A DNA stretch of 64,000 nucleotides, taken from Microthyrium microscopicum (taxonomy: Eukaryota). Positions 22,292 through 35,744 of the stretch are shown one piece after another. The stretch covers positions 1,499,345 to 1,563,344 of the forward strand of contig MU004237.1 in the NCBI GenBank assembly GCA_010405405.1. The letters are read 5' to 3'. The first letter of the stretch is position 1. Each line of letters starts with the position of its first letter. A program made the translations under genes and the position numbers. Below the pieces are notes generated by a model. The model was not told the DNA's origin. It saw only the letters and a program-made list of their open reading frames with translations, and made no database searches.

Positions 22292-22410
22292 CTATATATT
22301 TCTGTCGTGTTAGCTAGTTATTTGTACATACGCAGAGCTAATTGGGCAGTAGACTGAGTACCAGGGAATTCATGCATAATGCGGAGCGCAAAACATGCTA
22401 AAGATACAAT

Positions 22411-24570
22411 TCATATTTTCTTCTTTGCATCATGTCCATAGAAGATGAATGGGTGTGTATTATGGTCTTGTTGAATATGTAAGATCTTCGTTTTGATCGC
22501 TCGCCAAATAGGCAGTTTGGCCAAAAATGCTACCAGGATTGTGATAATGGCCAATGGGATTGCTATTGCAAAGAAGTATTTGAAACTTCCCGTTTCTTGG
22601 AGCTGGGGAATATTGGGCTGTATACTGAGTAAGCCGGTTATGAAGGTGAGAGGAATGAAGATGGTGGCAAGCCAGGATAAGCGAGAGATGTTCTTGTTCT
22701 CTTTGTATTGCATGCGTGACTCGGCGATATTAATGGCGGCGGTGGCGATCATAGTCAGCCGACCGAGACGATTCTGCAATTCTTCCATCTTGGTGAGAGC
22801 TTGTGCAAAGGAGGGTTGGAGGACATGGAATGGTGGTTTGACTTTGCGGTGACTACATGCGCAGTTGCAGTTGCAAGCGTTTGGGTCGATCGGGGAGGAT
22901 GATGGCGGGAACGGGAAGCGGAAGACATGTTTGAGAGTTTCTTGGAGCATTTCAATGTAGAGGGGAACCAGACGGCGCCAGACATGAAGCTTTTTGAGAG
23001 TGCTGTCGTCTGCTTCTCCTTTTTGAAAGTCTTCGGGTAGAGCAACCTCCCACTCTAGTTGGCCGAGTCTAGTTGTCAGATACGATATCATCTGAAGCCA
23101 TTCTGCACATACAAGATGTAGAAATGCTTGAATGGGGACGATTGGCTTTGAGAGATCCTCAAGTGGACACGGACTCGGCACGTAGGCTTTCGATGTCCAG
23201 TATATAATGTCTTCGAAGAGAGAGTCATTCGGAGGTCCTGGCGAGGGCGAGCTTTGATCGTGCATACTTTGTGGTGATTCCCAGTTTCGATAACCGCGCC
23301 AAATAGGAATGCCTTCGCGGTTTGTTGGATCTACCAGAAGAATACCTGTAGGAACTCCTCCGGGGACGTCTTTGTTTGGCTGACTCATCCAGAAAGAAGC
23401 TCTTGTACGTGTTAGACCAATCAAGGCCTTTTTATCGTCGAGCATAGCTCCATTGTTCAGATCATCGTCTGGTCTTCTAAGCACATTGAAACGATTTGAC
23501 TCAACTCGGGCCTTGTCATACGATTCTTTGGACTGGAAGTAGCGGGCTCTGACCCATCGTAGTTGGAACCAATCCTGTTGTTGCATGATGATGTCCAACT
23601 TTGGCGGGTCCATAAAACGGTCTCTGACGTTATACCAGGCATAATCCACTATGTGTTCTCGAAAGAAAGAGGGATCAATGTCGTATGTAGATCCAAGCGA
23701 CTCTATCACCCGTCGTGAGAGGTCTTCAGACACGAACAGCCGGAACCTGACGATTGGTATTTGCTTCTGATTGGGTTCATGACTGGGAGGCTTGGCCATG
23801 GGAGGTTGTTCAATGGGTTGGACTGGCACCGCTTCGTTACCATTGACAACAACTTCTCGTTGAGCTCCAGCAGTAGCATCTTGTTCCGTCAGACGCTGCT
23901 CATTGCCAGGTTTATCGGATTGACCACTGCCTTTAGCTATATCGTCCAGGTTGTCCTGTAGCGCCTGGCCTGTCTTTAAAGGTATTTTTGTGATTGTTCC
24001 ATCGGAAAGAAAGTCAAGACGCATAACGTTAGTTTGGTCTGCTCTGTCCCTCCTTTCCTGCTCGGCCTGTCGAGTCCCGTATAGATATTTCCATCTCAAC
24101 GGGGTTGTACCAACTTCCATGAAGTCGGCCAAAAAGCGGAGGTGGCGCCATTTATTCGAGAGCTTTTTGATATGTTGTAGATAAGGGTATTTGGAGCTTA
24201 AGACCGTTAGTGGAAGAATCTGATGAGATCATGCAATAAGTTTATCATCGGCTTTGGATAATCATATGAAAGCTTCATAGTCGAGTCCATCTTTAATATA
24301 CTTTTGTATTAATTCCAGAGGGGTGAAAGAGACTCACTCATCAATTTGCCATTCCTGGGCAAGAGCATATGGTTCGTTTTCATACACATCGCCGATGTAG
24401 TAGGGATCTCCAGCTTCCGTTGCATGTAGAAGAACATGAGATGGGTCTTGTTGAGCAACTTGAATAATCTGTTCTTTTTGTTCATCACTCTGAGCAGAAC
24501 GATGAAGGTCTATCAATGACCTCGTAGTCCTGTGTGGCAGCGAGCCCACCCCAAGCCTTGACGACGACAT
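22411..24570 (-). CDS. CorA-like domain membrane protein (fungal-specific type); 2 exons
   Basis: RLFVSEDLS...LGSTYDIDPSFFREHI motif. C-terminal pair of TM helices (RLSWLATIFIPLTFITGLLSI...YFFAIAIPL). Intron about 24198-24338 joins MSSSRLG... in phase. Confidence 0.75.
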
Positions 24571-26244
24571 GCTAAGATGAATCCTGGTAATAGCCGAGAT
24601 GGAGCTAAGACTTTGATTTCAAGGGCATGTTAAGCGCGAATAATGCCACAATTGAGTATCAGGACGAAGATACGGAGTAGCAGAGCGAAAGTTGAAGGAA
24701 GCGGTGATAATTCAGCAAAAGCAGCTGCTATCATCTATATAGAAAGTCGGGGAGCAATCGAGGTCGAATATGCCTTGCTTACGACGATATGTAGGACGCG
24801 AAGTATAGAAAAGCGGCCTCCGGTCTAGCTCACAAACAAATAACAAGAATCGCAGCTTTTCTAGGAGTGCGGAGAAAGCAGCGCCTGCGTAATATAGCAC
24901 CACTATAAGAGCTAGCCTTGATATTATTGACTGCGCCTCCAAAAGGCGTACACACTACCCACGGTACAAAGGTTGCCAAGAGGAGACATAGGGGACTTTT
25001 ACACTAATAGGATTGCTTAGCGAAGATCCGTGTGGCGCCCTCTTCCAAGCCTCGTTTACGCCTTGGCTGTTTATTGGGTATTCAAGTCTTCTCCTTCGAA
25101 AAGAGCCTCAATTTTGTCGCATTTGGATCCAGGTGCAAGGTCATACCCATGCACATTTTGTTTGCTGGTTTGATATTGGTTGTATCAGCATGTTGGCTAT
25201 ATCCTTCAGGTATGTTGCAGGCAGCTGTTGTAACTTGTAACCATCCATTTCTCGAATGAGGTAGCACTACTACTGGGCAAAAACTTGAGCTCAAGGTCGA
25301 GATCAACAAGGGCTATGCTCAGTGCTGAGTGAGCACAACATTAAGCACAAAGTGAATAGTGCGATGTGATGTAGCATGATGCCATGAACTCTGTTGCTGC
25401 CTTACTTCTAATGTTTGAATAGCTTTGGAAAGGTTATGGATGTCTTGGATATTGTCTCCTCCTGAGTCGCATGCAACCGCGTGGCTCGATTCCTTCTAGC
25501 CGCCCACGATTTGCACAGTTATCTTTCCATGTGCATCGCACGCAGGAAAAACGTGGTCGCGTGCTGGCATGGTCGACGGCTTGACTGCTTTACCAAACTT
25601 ATGGTAAGGTCGACAAGTTATTCTCTTACCTCCCATCGTCCGAACGCATGAGAACAAAGAAGTCTGCGTCAGGAGGCACAATGCAACTAGAACGGTGACT
25701 GTATAATATTGAGCCCAATGGGCAGAATAGAATACAGAGAACTTACTCGTAAAAACATACTCATCGGCCGTCATTGTAAAAAGAACTGCCGCGAGGTTGT
25801 GGATGACTAAAATAAGCTTCCAGAATCTAGGCAACCCGATTTTATGCCACCAAAAAAGTGGCGAACTTAAATTTGCAGCGGAATTTGCAAATTAAATATG
25901 GGTTCAGACTTTCAGTCTATGTACGAGTAGTTGAAATCAAACAACTCCATACGACTCTACATCGCGCCTTCCTAACCCGGTAATTTCGCCGCATCACTGT
26001 CTATTTCCCCGAATCCATACTCTAAGCTACCGGCTTCGTTCACTGCCAACCTTAACACCGTTAACTTACCTTTTAGTACTTTGAATCCATAGGTACTGCG
26101 GCTGCCAGCCCAACTCCTCTTCTCCAAATCCTTCAACCACCAAACTAATACCAACCATCCACCCAGCTGCTCTATCAACCAGCAGCTCTCTAATAAACCT
26201 CTACAAAACACCAAATTCCTGACCTATCAATTACAATCACATCA

Positions 26245-26641
26245 ATGTCTATAACACTGACCCGCGGGTAACCTCACCCACCCCACCCCTCCCCTCCATC
26301 CCAAAACAACCAATCTTACTAACAATTCTTCCAGCGAATGTCGCGACTGCACAGCAACAACACCTTGTTTCTGCCACTGCATCACCTGCGCCGTCCAGCC
26401 TAAACCAGACATGCTAACACACTCCACCGACCACATCGGCCAATTCATCACCTCTTGGCCAGCAACTGGACCACCAATTGACGGGGCGCAGCGCCGTACT
26501 ACGTTTCCTGCGACTGTAGCAGTGGAGGACAAAGGGGTCTCTGCTGAGGTGACCCCAGTGGTGGCTAGAGGCCATGCGAGGAAAGTCAGTGTGCCGTCGC
26601 ATTTGGATTGGTTCAGGCCAAAGGACGAGATCAAAAGATAA
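26245..26641 (+). CDS. Small spliced hypothetical protein with N-terminal Cys cluster (about 109 aa)
   Basis: Intron 26268-26334 (GTAACC..TACTAAC..CAG) joins MSITLTRG in phase to ECRDCTATTPCFCHCITC and on into ORF 26411-26641. Confidence 0.5.
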
Positions 26642-27032
26642 GGGAGATGAAGGAGACGAGTCACCTAATTTCTGCTACAGAGTACTACTGATACCTAATT
26701 ATTAATGCCTCTCTCACGTTAGATTTGCAAGACGCCTGGTTAGATAGACTGGAGTGATCTAAGGAGCCGTATGGTGTGACAATTCGCGAACAAGCTCATG
26801 ACATCTGTGTTCATATATTGCCATTTTTATGAAGAATGGGTCGGCACAGGCTGTTCAATATGTATCAATACCTGAGACTCGAGACAATCGCACACTAGCA
26901 CGATCGACAGTGAAATTGACAAATATGTCATGCATTACAATTTCATAAACCATTATGTCCTGGAACTCATCCCTATATACACTTTTCCTTCCCCCTCCAC
27001 CACAACTAAACATTAACAGCAACACACCCCAC

Positions 27033-29031
27033 TCAAACTTCCTCTTTCTCCGACTTCTTAGCCGGAAAGACAGGCGCATACGCACTCTTCTCCCTGATCT
27101 TCCCACCCTTGAGCAAAAACCACACCGGCACAGGAACAAGCACCAATGCAATACACCCCAGCATCGTACACGCCCAATTGATACCCATGCCATTGAACAT
27201 GTACGTTGCGAACAGCGGAAAAATCGCGCCCACTGTCGACCTCATGAATGTATTTGCTGCGATAGCGGACGCTGCAAACATCAGGTACGAATCAACTAGG
27301 TAGTTAAGCGCTTGTAGGAAAATGGCCATGAGGCCGAATCCGCTTAAGAGGCCGGAGAGGGTGGGTACTATCCAGTGGACCTTGCCTGTGTAGCCAGACC
27401 AGCCCAGCCAGAAAAGACCGCCTGCGAATGCGATTCCGCCGGCAATGATCTCAGGGCATCGCCATTCGGGTATAGGGATGCCGCCGTTGGCAGCGAGTTT
27501 GCGGCGATAGCCCGGTTGGCGCAGTATAACAACACCACCGGCGAGTAATTGGCCTAGAATCATGCCGAAGAAGGGCAGACCGCCAACACCAGGGTTCATG
27601 TGGTATTTTACTTGGAAGACTAGGGGGTATGCGGTGAGGAAGAGGTATAGGAGGCCGTAGATGAAGGACATGTAGATGGAGAGGAGAAGAACGATAGGCT
27701 CAGTGACAAGCATGCGGAGCGGGCGGGAGAAGTTTCGCTCGACGAGCTCGCGGAGGTCGACTTCGATTTCTTCTTGTTTGGCGTGGATGCCCCAATTCTT
27801 TGTGCGACGGCGGAGCTCGTCGGCTTTTTGGATTAGGATTATGGGAGGGTATGTCTCTTTAAGAAAGAACAGGTTGAGGACGAAGGCAATGCATGACTGG
27901 AGACTGTTAGTGGGAGTAATGAGGAGAGGTGTGGTGAAAACGTACGAGAATGCCAATTATATACTCTGTCCATCGCCATCCCATGTGTGGATTTATTACA
28001 ATGAATCCTCCGATAAATGGTGCCATGAGGGGGCCGGTAAACACGGTCAAAGAGAATACTGTGATCTAGCAAATGGTTAGCCCAGACGCATACTGTGATC
28101 AGCTTCTGCAACTTACTGCAATACCACGACTGTTATTGTCAAACATATCAGAGAACACGGCCGCGACAACGGCGAGCGGAGCAGATCCAAAAAGTCCAGC
28201 AAAGAAGCGACATATCATGACAGTCTGAAGATCCTTTGCAACTGCCACCGCAAAATTGAAGCAAGCCATTGCAAAAGGCGCAATTATCAATGGTAATCGT
28301 CGACCTTTCAATTCTGATAAAGGAGCCCAGAAAATAGGACCAAATGCGAATCCTGAAGTAGTTAGTTTCGTTCAAACAGATAAGTTCATGAACATACCCA
28401 AAACGTATAAACTTGTTCCCAACGTGGTGACCTCTCTGTTGACGTGAAACACGCCCGCGATGACAGTAATAGTCGCCGAAAACAAACTACTGGCAAATGA
28501 AGCCACAAAAGTAGTATAAGCCAACATTGCCGATGTGGTCAATTTCCGCTTCAAGGTCCAATTCTGCGCATGCATGGGATCATCCACTCCGTCAAACTCG
28601 ACGACGAACTCTTCGCGATCGGGAAGTGCAGGCGGATATGGCTTTCCTGCGCCCATTTTCGGAATAGGAGCTCTACTCTGGCGACTCCTGAGCGTGGCTC
28701 CCACCGTGCTCGAGTGCTGTGTTCTTTGTGTGTGTATTCTACTCATTGCCGTCTCATTCTTCTCCAGAGGTGGTAATATATCCTTCTGTGTGGCGGCGCT
28801 TTCCAGGGCGATTGTCCCTGCATCTGGACGGAGGGAAACATTGCTGGAGGAGTAGGAAGAGCCTGATTCTATCCGTTCTATGGCTTCGCCAGTCTCTGTT
28901 CTTGATAGATGCTTCTTGTGTCTGTTTGCTGGGTAGGTGGGTTTCTCTGTCGCTGAGGGGGAGGGGCCAAATCGATTGGGAGAGGCATCGCGCTCAGCCT
29001 CGGCGAGCTCTTTGTCTACTATGTCCGCCAT
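27033..29031 (-). CDS. MFS drug:H+ antiporter, DHA1 family (Tpo1/Flr1/Mdr1-like); 4 exons
   Basis: Motifs EFDGVDDPMHAQNW..KRK, SLYVLG|FAFGPIFWAPLSELKGRR, RFFAGLFGS, ETYPP, RPLRMLVTEPI, PEWR and YLVDSY..AASAIAAN..RS. Confidence 0.93.
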
Positions 29032-29392
29032 GACAAGATCCCTTGAGTGAGGAGCTGTGTGTATTTGTTTGTCGTGATAGAGGAGGATGGGAAAGTATAG
29101 ATGAGTTATCAGTCGCGACTCTAGGTTTGGATAAATGCGGACCCGCCGTGGCGTCAATGGACAGGGTCGCGAGTTGACAGGGTAGCTTTGAGTTTGGTTA
29201 GGATGTTAAAGGCTGAACCTGGTGGGGAGCTTGGGGTCCTTGACTCGACAGGCTTTGGGATTGAATCAAAGCTTGTTGTTTGATTGCGGGTTTGACTGGT
29301 ATCGCTTTTGAGTTGGGAGGGATGTTGCGGCAGAGTATGGAAGACTGAATTGAAGGTCGAGGGAAATCAACGAGAGGCGACAGAGTTAGTAA

Positions 29393-29413
29393 TGAGAGAG
29401 AGAGAGAGAGAGA
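29393..29413. repeat. (GA)n microsatellite upstream of the MFS gene
   Basis: Run of about 10 GA units. Confidence 0.8.
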
Positions 29414-30049
29414 TAAGAATTTGTAGGCCGCGTCAAACCGAACAAAGGGAAAGGCTTGTCTTGTAAAGGTTTGGTAGAGAGTAGAAATGATGGATAATCA
29501 GCCTCAATTGGGATCCGAGTTGGACCCGAATCTACTCCTAAAAAGTTGAGAAAAAAACGGGAATGACGATGGAAACGGACCTTCCCGAACTCAAAATTAA
29601 TTTACTTCTTGACATGAATCGTTACAACTCACAACATTGTACGGTGTACCTTTACATGTCTCGACTCTCTTCTAAGTAATCATGCCTACGGTATGGCTAT
29701 CAAATATAGCACGTTTTAACACGTGGAAAGCACATGGGACGAGGTTAATTGTACAAGTCTCTAACCACAATCATACGCTGATAAACATCGATATACATCA
29801 CCGCGATCACTCTCTCGACTGTCGTCACTCAACATCAAGGCTTCCGAGGTCGAGCTCGAGTTCAACCCTGTTCCTCGCCAGTGGCTACAGTAGTACCTGA
29901 CATGGTGATTGGGTCTTGGTAATCCTGAGTAAGCACACAAGCATGACCCCTGCTGACCACATGCAAATTATCACCAATTCACCATGCATCGAAAGAGACA
30001 CATGCAGTCTCATACACTCCTTTGCATTCAATATCCCAAGAGCCCAATT

Positions 30050-33000
30050 TCAAGACCCTGCCATCTCAACCTCATCTCGGCCCCCGTTTTGAGACTCTTT
30101 CGACTCTGTTGTTGCTACCTCTACAGTCAAGGTACTCTCCAGCAATTCCCTCGCCTCTCCATGCTCCAGATTTAGAGCCAGAAAATCACGGCTTACTACC
30201 TCCTAATGTGATGAAACCGTATCATTAGTATTTGTCAACTCCTCAAGTTGGGGAAGAGATCAACATACAGCAATCTCGAGATCCATGGCTTCACTGTCTG
30301 GCAAAAATGCACAAGCAGCTACCAGATCTTCGCCTCGAGCAGACATCAGAATGAGATCCTCCGCTCGTTCCACGATGGCAGCATCAATTCCGTTTAGCGC
30401 GGCACAGCTAAGACTATATTAGCACCGAGTCTAGAAATTCGCTTGAAAGTGCCTACGTTGCGCCAAATGTGGAAACACTTCGTCCTGTTCGGAAGTTGTA
30501 TAGGTAGGTGAGTTGATCGTTGACTTCAGCTGTTGTCAGATCAACTTTGACTTCCATATGTCCAAATTGAAGACGTGGCTGGGGAGGTAGAAATCCGTGT
30601 TCAAAAATCTCGTGAAAATGTGTCGCAACCACAACCTTTGGGCAATCTTCGTCCAAGCGAAGGAGGTGTTCCAAGGCACCGCACAAGAGACCAGCACCAT
30701 CTACCAATGTCAGTGATGCTCATACGCAGTGGACATGAACATGCCTTCTGGCAGAGTTCCCTTGCCGAATTCGTCAATGATCACAAGACTTCGCGGTGTT
30801 GCCTGGCCGAGTGCCAGAGACATTTGAGCCAAATCAATACCAAAACTACTTTGAAACTATAAGAGTTAGTCGGCATCCGTGCTTTAAGTACAATACTCGC
30901 CTTGGAGACTGTTTCTTTGGTAGCCACTCGTGTCAAGATCTTGTCCGTCATGCCAATACGAGCGGAATGGGCAGGCACAAAACATCCAACATGGGACATG
31001 TATACGATGAGTGCGAGCTGCTTCATGTACACACTTTTGCCGGAGTAATTGGGTCCAGTCAAAACCAACATGGCTGAGCCTGGAGCACTCGATGAATTGG
31101 CATCTGTTGATGAGTCCCCAATATGGTGGCTCAAGGCCTTGCTTTCAGTAGTCTCAGGCTTGCCGGCATGTATGAATGCATCATTTGCAACATATGCTGG
31201 TACCGAGAGTTCCTGGAGTAAGTGTCGTCCAGCAGTGATCTCAATCACATTTTCGAGCGTTAGATGAGGGCGAACAAGATTGTGATTTCTGGCTCCAAGC
31301 GCGAGAGCAGTCAAACTTGTCATGTCAGCAAGTCATCGTACTGATCGTTTACTTAGAAGGAAAACTTCTTACCAGTCAAGCTCGCCACAAATGTCAGAAA
31401 TCTCTCCCAAGGTCTCTTCATGCTGCAGGACATCCTGAGCAAGTTGATGTACAATTTCAATCTCCTTGTCTTATCATTGTCAGTTCGCCCTCATAAATCA
31501 GTTTGCAACATACCAGTAATGGTGTACCACACGTCGCCCAATTTTTCATCCATCTCATCCATTTCAGGGCTCTTGTAACATGCGAAGCCCCTGGTTCTGT
31601 CAACTTAGGGAAACAAAATAACATAAACACTTACGAGGCAGTAAAAACATGAGACCAAGGCTTGTTGATGCCTTCAAAGTGGGCTTCGAACGCCCCAGCA
31701 AGATCCTCTCCGACTTGAAGAACATATCCGATTCGAGGATAGTAACCGACATCAAGGGGATGATCCAGCTGTTGATACACATCGGGCAAAGAAACCTCGA
31801 TATGCTTTGCAATCTCGACCAGAAAGCTGTCCAGTCCTGCATACAATCTCTTCATTTCGTCCAACTCTTCATTCATATGATCGCGTACCACGGGACGTTG
31901 CAAAATCTTGGATTCTTCAACGTCGATGACATCTTCGACCAATTGACCAACCGAGGCGAGGCATCGACCATCAAATCGCTCAAGAATCTTTCGTGCAATG
32001 GCAACGTGCTCGAGGCCATACATTTCTTGCATGATGTCTCGGATACTCAGGGCGTAGAATGAGAAACTTTTGAGTTGGGACCAGATTGGCACACCTGTTG
32101 CCATACCTTTTTGTGGACCACCAGTTGTTCCTTTGCGGAGGTTACCTAGAACTGCTCGCATGTTCTTGATGTGCTTCAAGCACCCGACGAGCTCGTCCAG
32201 GTGGGTAGAGTTGCTGGGCAAGAGGAAAGCGCTGATTGTATCGAGGCGTTCGTTGATTACATCAATGTCCCTGCTTGGTCTCATGAAATATTGTCTGAGA
32301 CTATATCGACCTTGCGAAGTACGAGCCAGATAATGGAAGAGCCCGTATATGGAAAATCCTTCTTTGAACCCTTTTGAACGGCTTGGACCTTGATTTTGCG
32401 AATTTGGATGAGACTCGGTCTCCACAATCTGCAGTGATTGTAAAGTATCCATGGTAATGAACCTACTCATTGTCAAAATTGAGAACATCTAGAGAGTTGT
32501 TGCAGCTTACATGGCTTCTTTCACTGAAAATTGCTCAACAGAATTGACGCGGAAGAGCTCACGGGCTCCAGTATCGCCTGGGAGGTATTCTCCAGCTCGT
32601 CTTCGCTGCAGGTACCCCAGTACGGCGCCTGCGCAGCCCAGCTGAATGGGTTAGTTAGTGCTCAAAATAGCACAGAACAGGAAAGTTACCGCGATATGGG
32701 AGTTCATATCAAGTGTTCCAGAGAGTCTCAGAAGGTGCTCTTGTCGTCCCAAGTCGGCGCCATCATCCAAAGGCCCATCAATGAAATCATTCGGGACGAC
32801 AAACTTGGTGTTCTCGTTTACAACTCGTGCCAATTGCAGGTTCATAAGCTTAGCTTTCCCGCCTTCCGGCTTAAACTCCTTTGATGGACGAAGGTCGACT
32901 TTGTATGGTAGACCAAATCCATCGCTCTCTTCGACCATAGTGCCTTCGAGGGCATATTGGGGATCTAGGTACGCGAGGATCTTGTCATCAATTGCTGTGG

Positions 33001-33710
33001 AGACCAGAATAGCATCTGGCTCAATATGGACTTTCACTACTGAGCGTTAGATTCTGACGCAGTTTAATGGAAAAGCAATATCCGAACTCACATTGATCAA
33101 TCACGGTCATGTCTGTCATCTTGCTGTCCTGCATGAGGAACAGTTTCTCATCGATCGCAGTATAGTAGGCGCAGCCAATTCCACCACCATTTCGAAATTC
33201 AAGCGCCATGATCACCTCGCCTCGGTTCTCTGGAGCAGAGCTCTCAAGACGGTGAATGCTGCCGTTTGTATCGGTGCCAACTTCTCCAGAATCTACTTGA
33301 GCTTCGTGGCTAATATCTTGAGTGGTCGAGGTACGTTGCTGGCCCATTCGAGCTGTACCACGACGGCCGGAGCTTGTCGTTCGAGTTTGATCGACACTGG
33401 TCGTCAGGTAAGAGTTTGTCGAGGCTTCTCTCGTGGTAGACCGGTTGCATTGCTGCGGCCTGGATACAGCTCGACTGGGAGAACGCTGTGGTTGCCTTCC
33501 ACTCTTCTGGGTGTTCTTCGGCCCTGAGGAGGTGGACTTGGTGCTACGTTTGGGAAAGTATTTCGATCTCCATGATCCTGAGCCACGATTTGACTGCGTG
33601 CTAGTATGCTTGCGACTTGCTGAAGCCAAGCTTTGACCGCTGGGATTGGATCGCGAGGCAGGAGAGGAGGCAGCTCCCTGCGATCTTCTGCTGTGGTCCG
33701 CTTGGGACAT
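30050..33710 (-). CDS. MSH5: Meiotic MutS homolog Msh5; many exons
   Basis: Walker [32 protein letters not shown] and [20 protein letters not shown] and [10 protein letters not shown] are typical of fungal Msh5. No mismatch-binding N-terminal domain seen. Confidence 0.9.
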
Positions 33711-34139
33711 GTTTATACAGAACGACACAATGAACAGCAGTATTCGTACAAAATATGGAAAAGGATGGAATGGTAAAAAGTGCGGGAGAGGATGGGTTGA
33801 AGTTGAAACAAGCGTTGGGCGTGACTTCTTGATCAGGAAGGCACGATCGCGCAAGCGCTCCTGGTTTTGGCAGACACGATTTCATGTAGTGCAGTCCATC
33901 AAAATTTCCTAGGTACTGTACTGCTGCAATGCGAAGTGATCATCTATCATTTGCCGTTCCATTCTGTATGTATAGTTCGAGCATGATCGTTAAGCCCCTT
34001 TTCCAGCCTTGCTAGGCACGAGAGTCTATATTTCTTTCACACTGTACTTAAACGTCCAGACGCTTATATGCTTGAACTGGTTGAACGATTTAATATCCCG
34101 GATAAAGTATCACTTCTACAGCTCGTTTACGAGTTGAAA

Positions 34140-35744
34140 TTATTTTGTGCTCTGCAAAGCGCTTTTCAACCTGTCTTTGATTAGCCTGGTATCTCAAATC
34201 GACCCAATCGACAGGTGCGAACCTGTTCAGTCCCTCTTGCAAAACGTGCCGTTCTTGCGTGAAGACCAATCTGAAAAAGGCCGGCTTTTCCCAGTGTTCT
34301 TCACGTGGATGAAGTCCAACGCCAGCATCGAGCAGTTTCTGGGCTAGATCAAATTCGGGATTATCAGAGGCCGACATGGAGACACTCGAGTTGCCCGAAA
34401 GATATGGCGAGAGATCGATATAAATGAAGAATCCAGCATTACTGGCACAGGATGTTAGTATCGAGGGCGTTCGAGAGACATAGCTCGAAATACGAGAAGG
34501 ATACACATTACCCGCCCTTCCAGTACTGCACACCAATCTCATCTAAGAACTTTGTCGTGTACACATATGCATCACGTATTCTTTCTCTTGAGAGTGTAAT
34601 GAAGGAAGATACAAATGCCTTATCTTCGAGGATCTTTGTTGCAATAGCGGCAGACATGCCCGACGGACCAGAGAATCGTGTATTCGACGATATCGCATCC
34701 TTTAGTGCTGCATCTTGGGTCACAATACATCCTAGTTTGAGGCCAGCTGCTCCGAAGTCCTTCTTTGGTGTAAGCCGTTTGGAGAACCAAGAGAAAGGAT
34801 GATAAATAATAGAGAAAAATTATATGGTACTTTACCTTACTCATTCCATAGAAAACATGTAGAAGGTCATCCGATATAAGATTAGTTCTATTTATTGACA
34901 GGACGGACGTAAATGACGAGTATCTGCTTGTTTTATTGTCGAATGTAGAAAGTGCATATACTTCGTCACTTATGAGATGTATCTTATGCTTTTGGGCAAA
35001 TTTCATGAGTCCGACCAGGGCATCCTTCGTATAGCATCGTCCTAGGAACCATCAATGAGAATTTTGTCCTGTTATAGATGATCTTAGAGCCCAAAAAAAG
35101 GCCACCTACCGGTTGGATTGTTAGGGTTTACAATCATAACCGCCTTAACCTTGATCCCACTCTTCAAGGCTTTCTCGAAGGCAATTTCATATCTTTCAAT
35201 GACATCTCCATTCTCTCCAAAAGGATCTACGCCATCCATATCGGCATAGACAATTTTCAAGCCAGCTACGTTTCCAAAGTCAAGTTCAAACCGTCCGTAT
35301 ATTGGACGACCAACTAGGATGCCGTCTCCGGGATCACCTATGCTGAGAGCAGTGAGATGGTGCATCGGCGTAAGTCCACTGGTCGTGATAAGATCAGAAG
35401 CCTGGACTGGACTAAATGGCTTGAAGAATGCGTTGATGTGCGACGCCATCGCCTTGGGAAATTTGGCTCCTCCATTCGTAGAGCCACGGTAGAGAAAGTC
35501 TGTGGCCTGGAATGTGATATTGTCGTTTACGTACTTGACCAGTTCATCTTGCACAAGGTTCTGGGATGTATAAGCTCAAATTTCGACTTGAAGATTAGCA
35601 TCATACATTCTCGGCGGTTGCAAAAGCTACCACTCCAGTGGGATTTTTGTCTTTGTCATAACGATTGTTTCCACCGGGTGCAAATCTCCAAGGGACATGT
35701 TGTAAAGCTGCGCTTTTTGCACCTCGCTGTGATAGTGTGCTCAT
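34140..35744 (-). CDS. PLP-dependent class I/II aminotransferase, ACC-synthase-like; multi-exon
   Basis: Motifs NPTG...ATAEN, VNPNNPTGR|CY, HLISDEVYALS, YGMSK|DFGAAGLKLG (PLP lysine), NAGFFIYIDL and FRLVF. An in-frame upstream ATG at 35840 is possible. Confidence 0.88.

Noticed and set aside
24600..26000. Several short ORFs in a long intergenic region
   Set aside because: No coherent gene model, repeat or homology motif seen.
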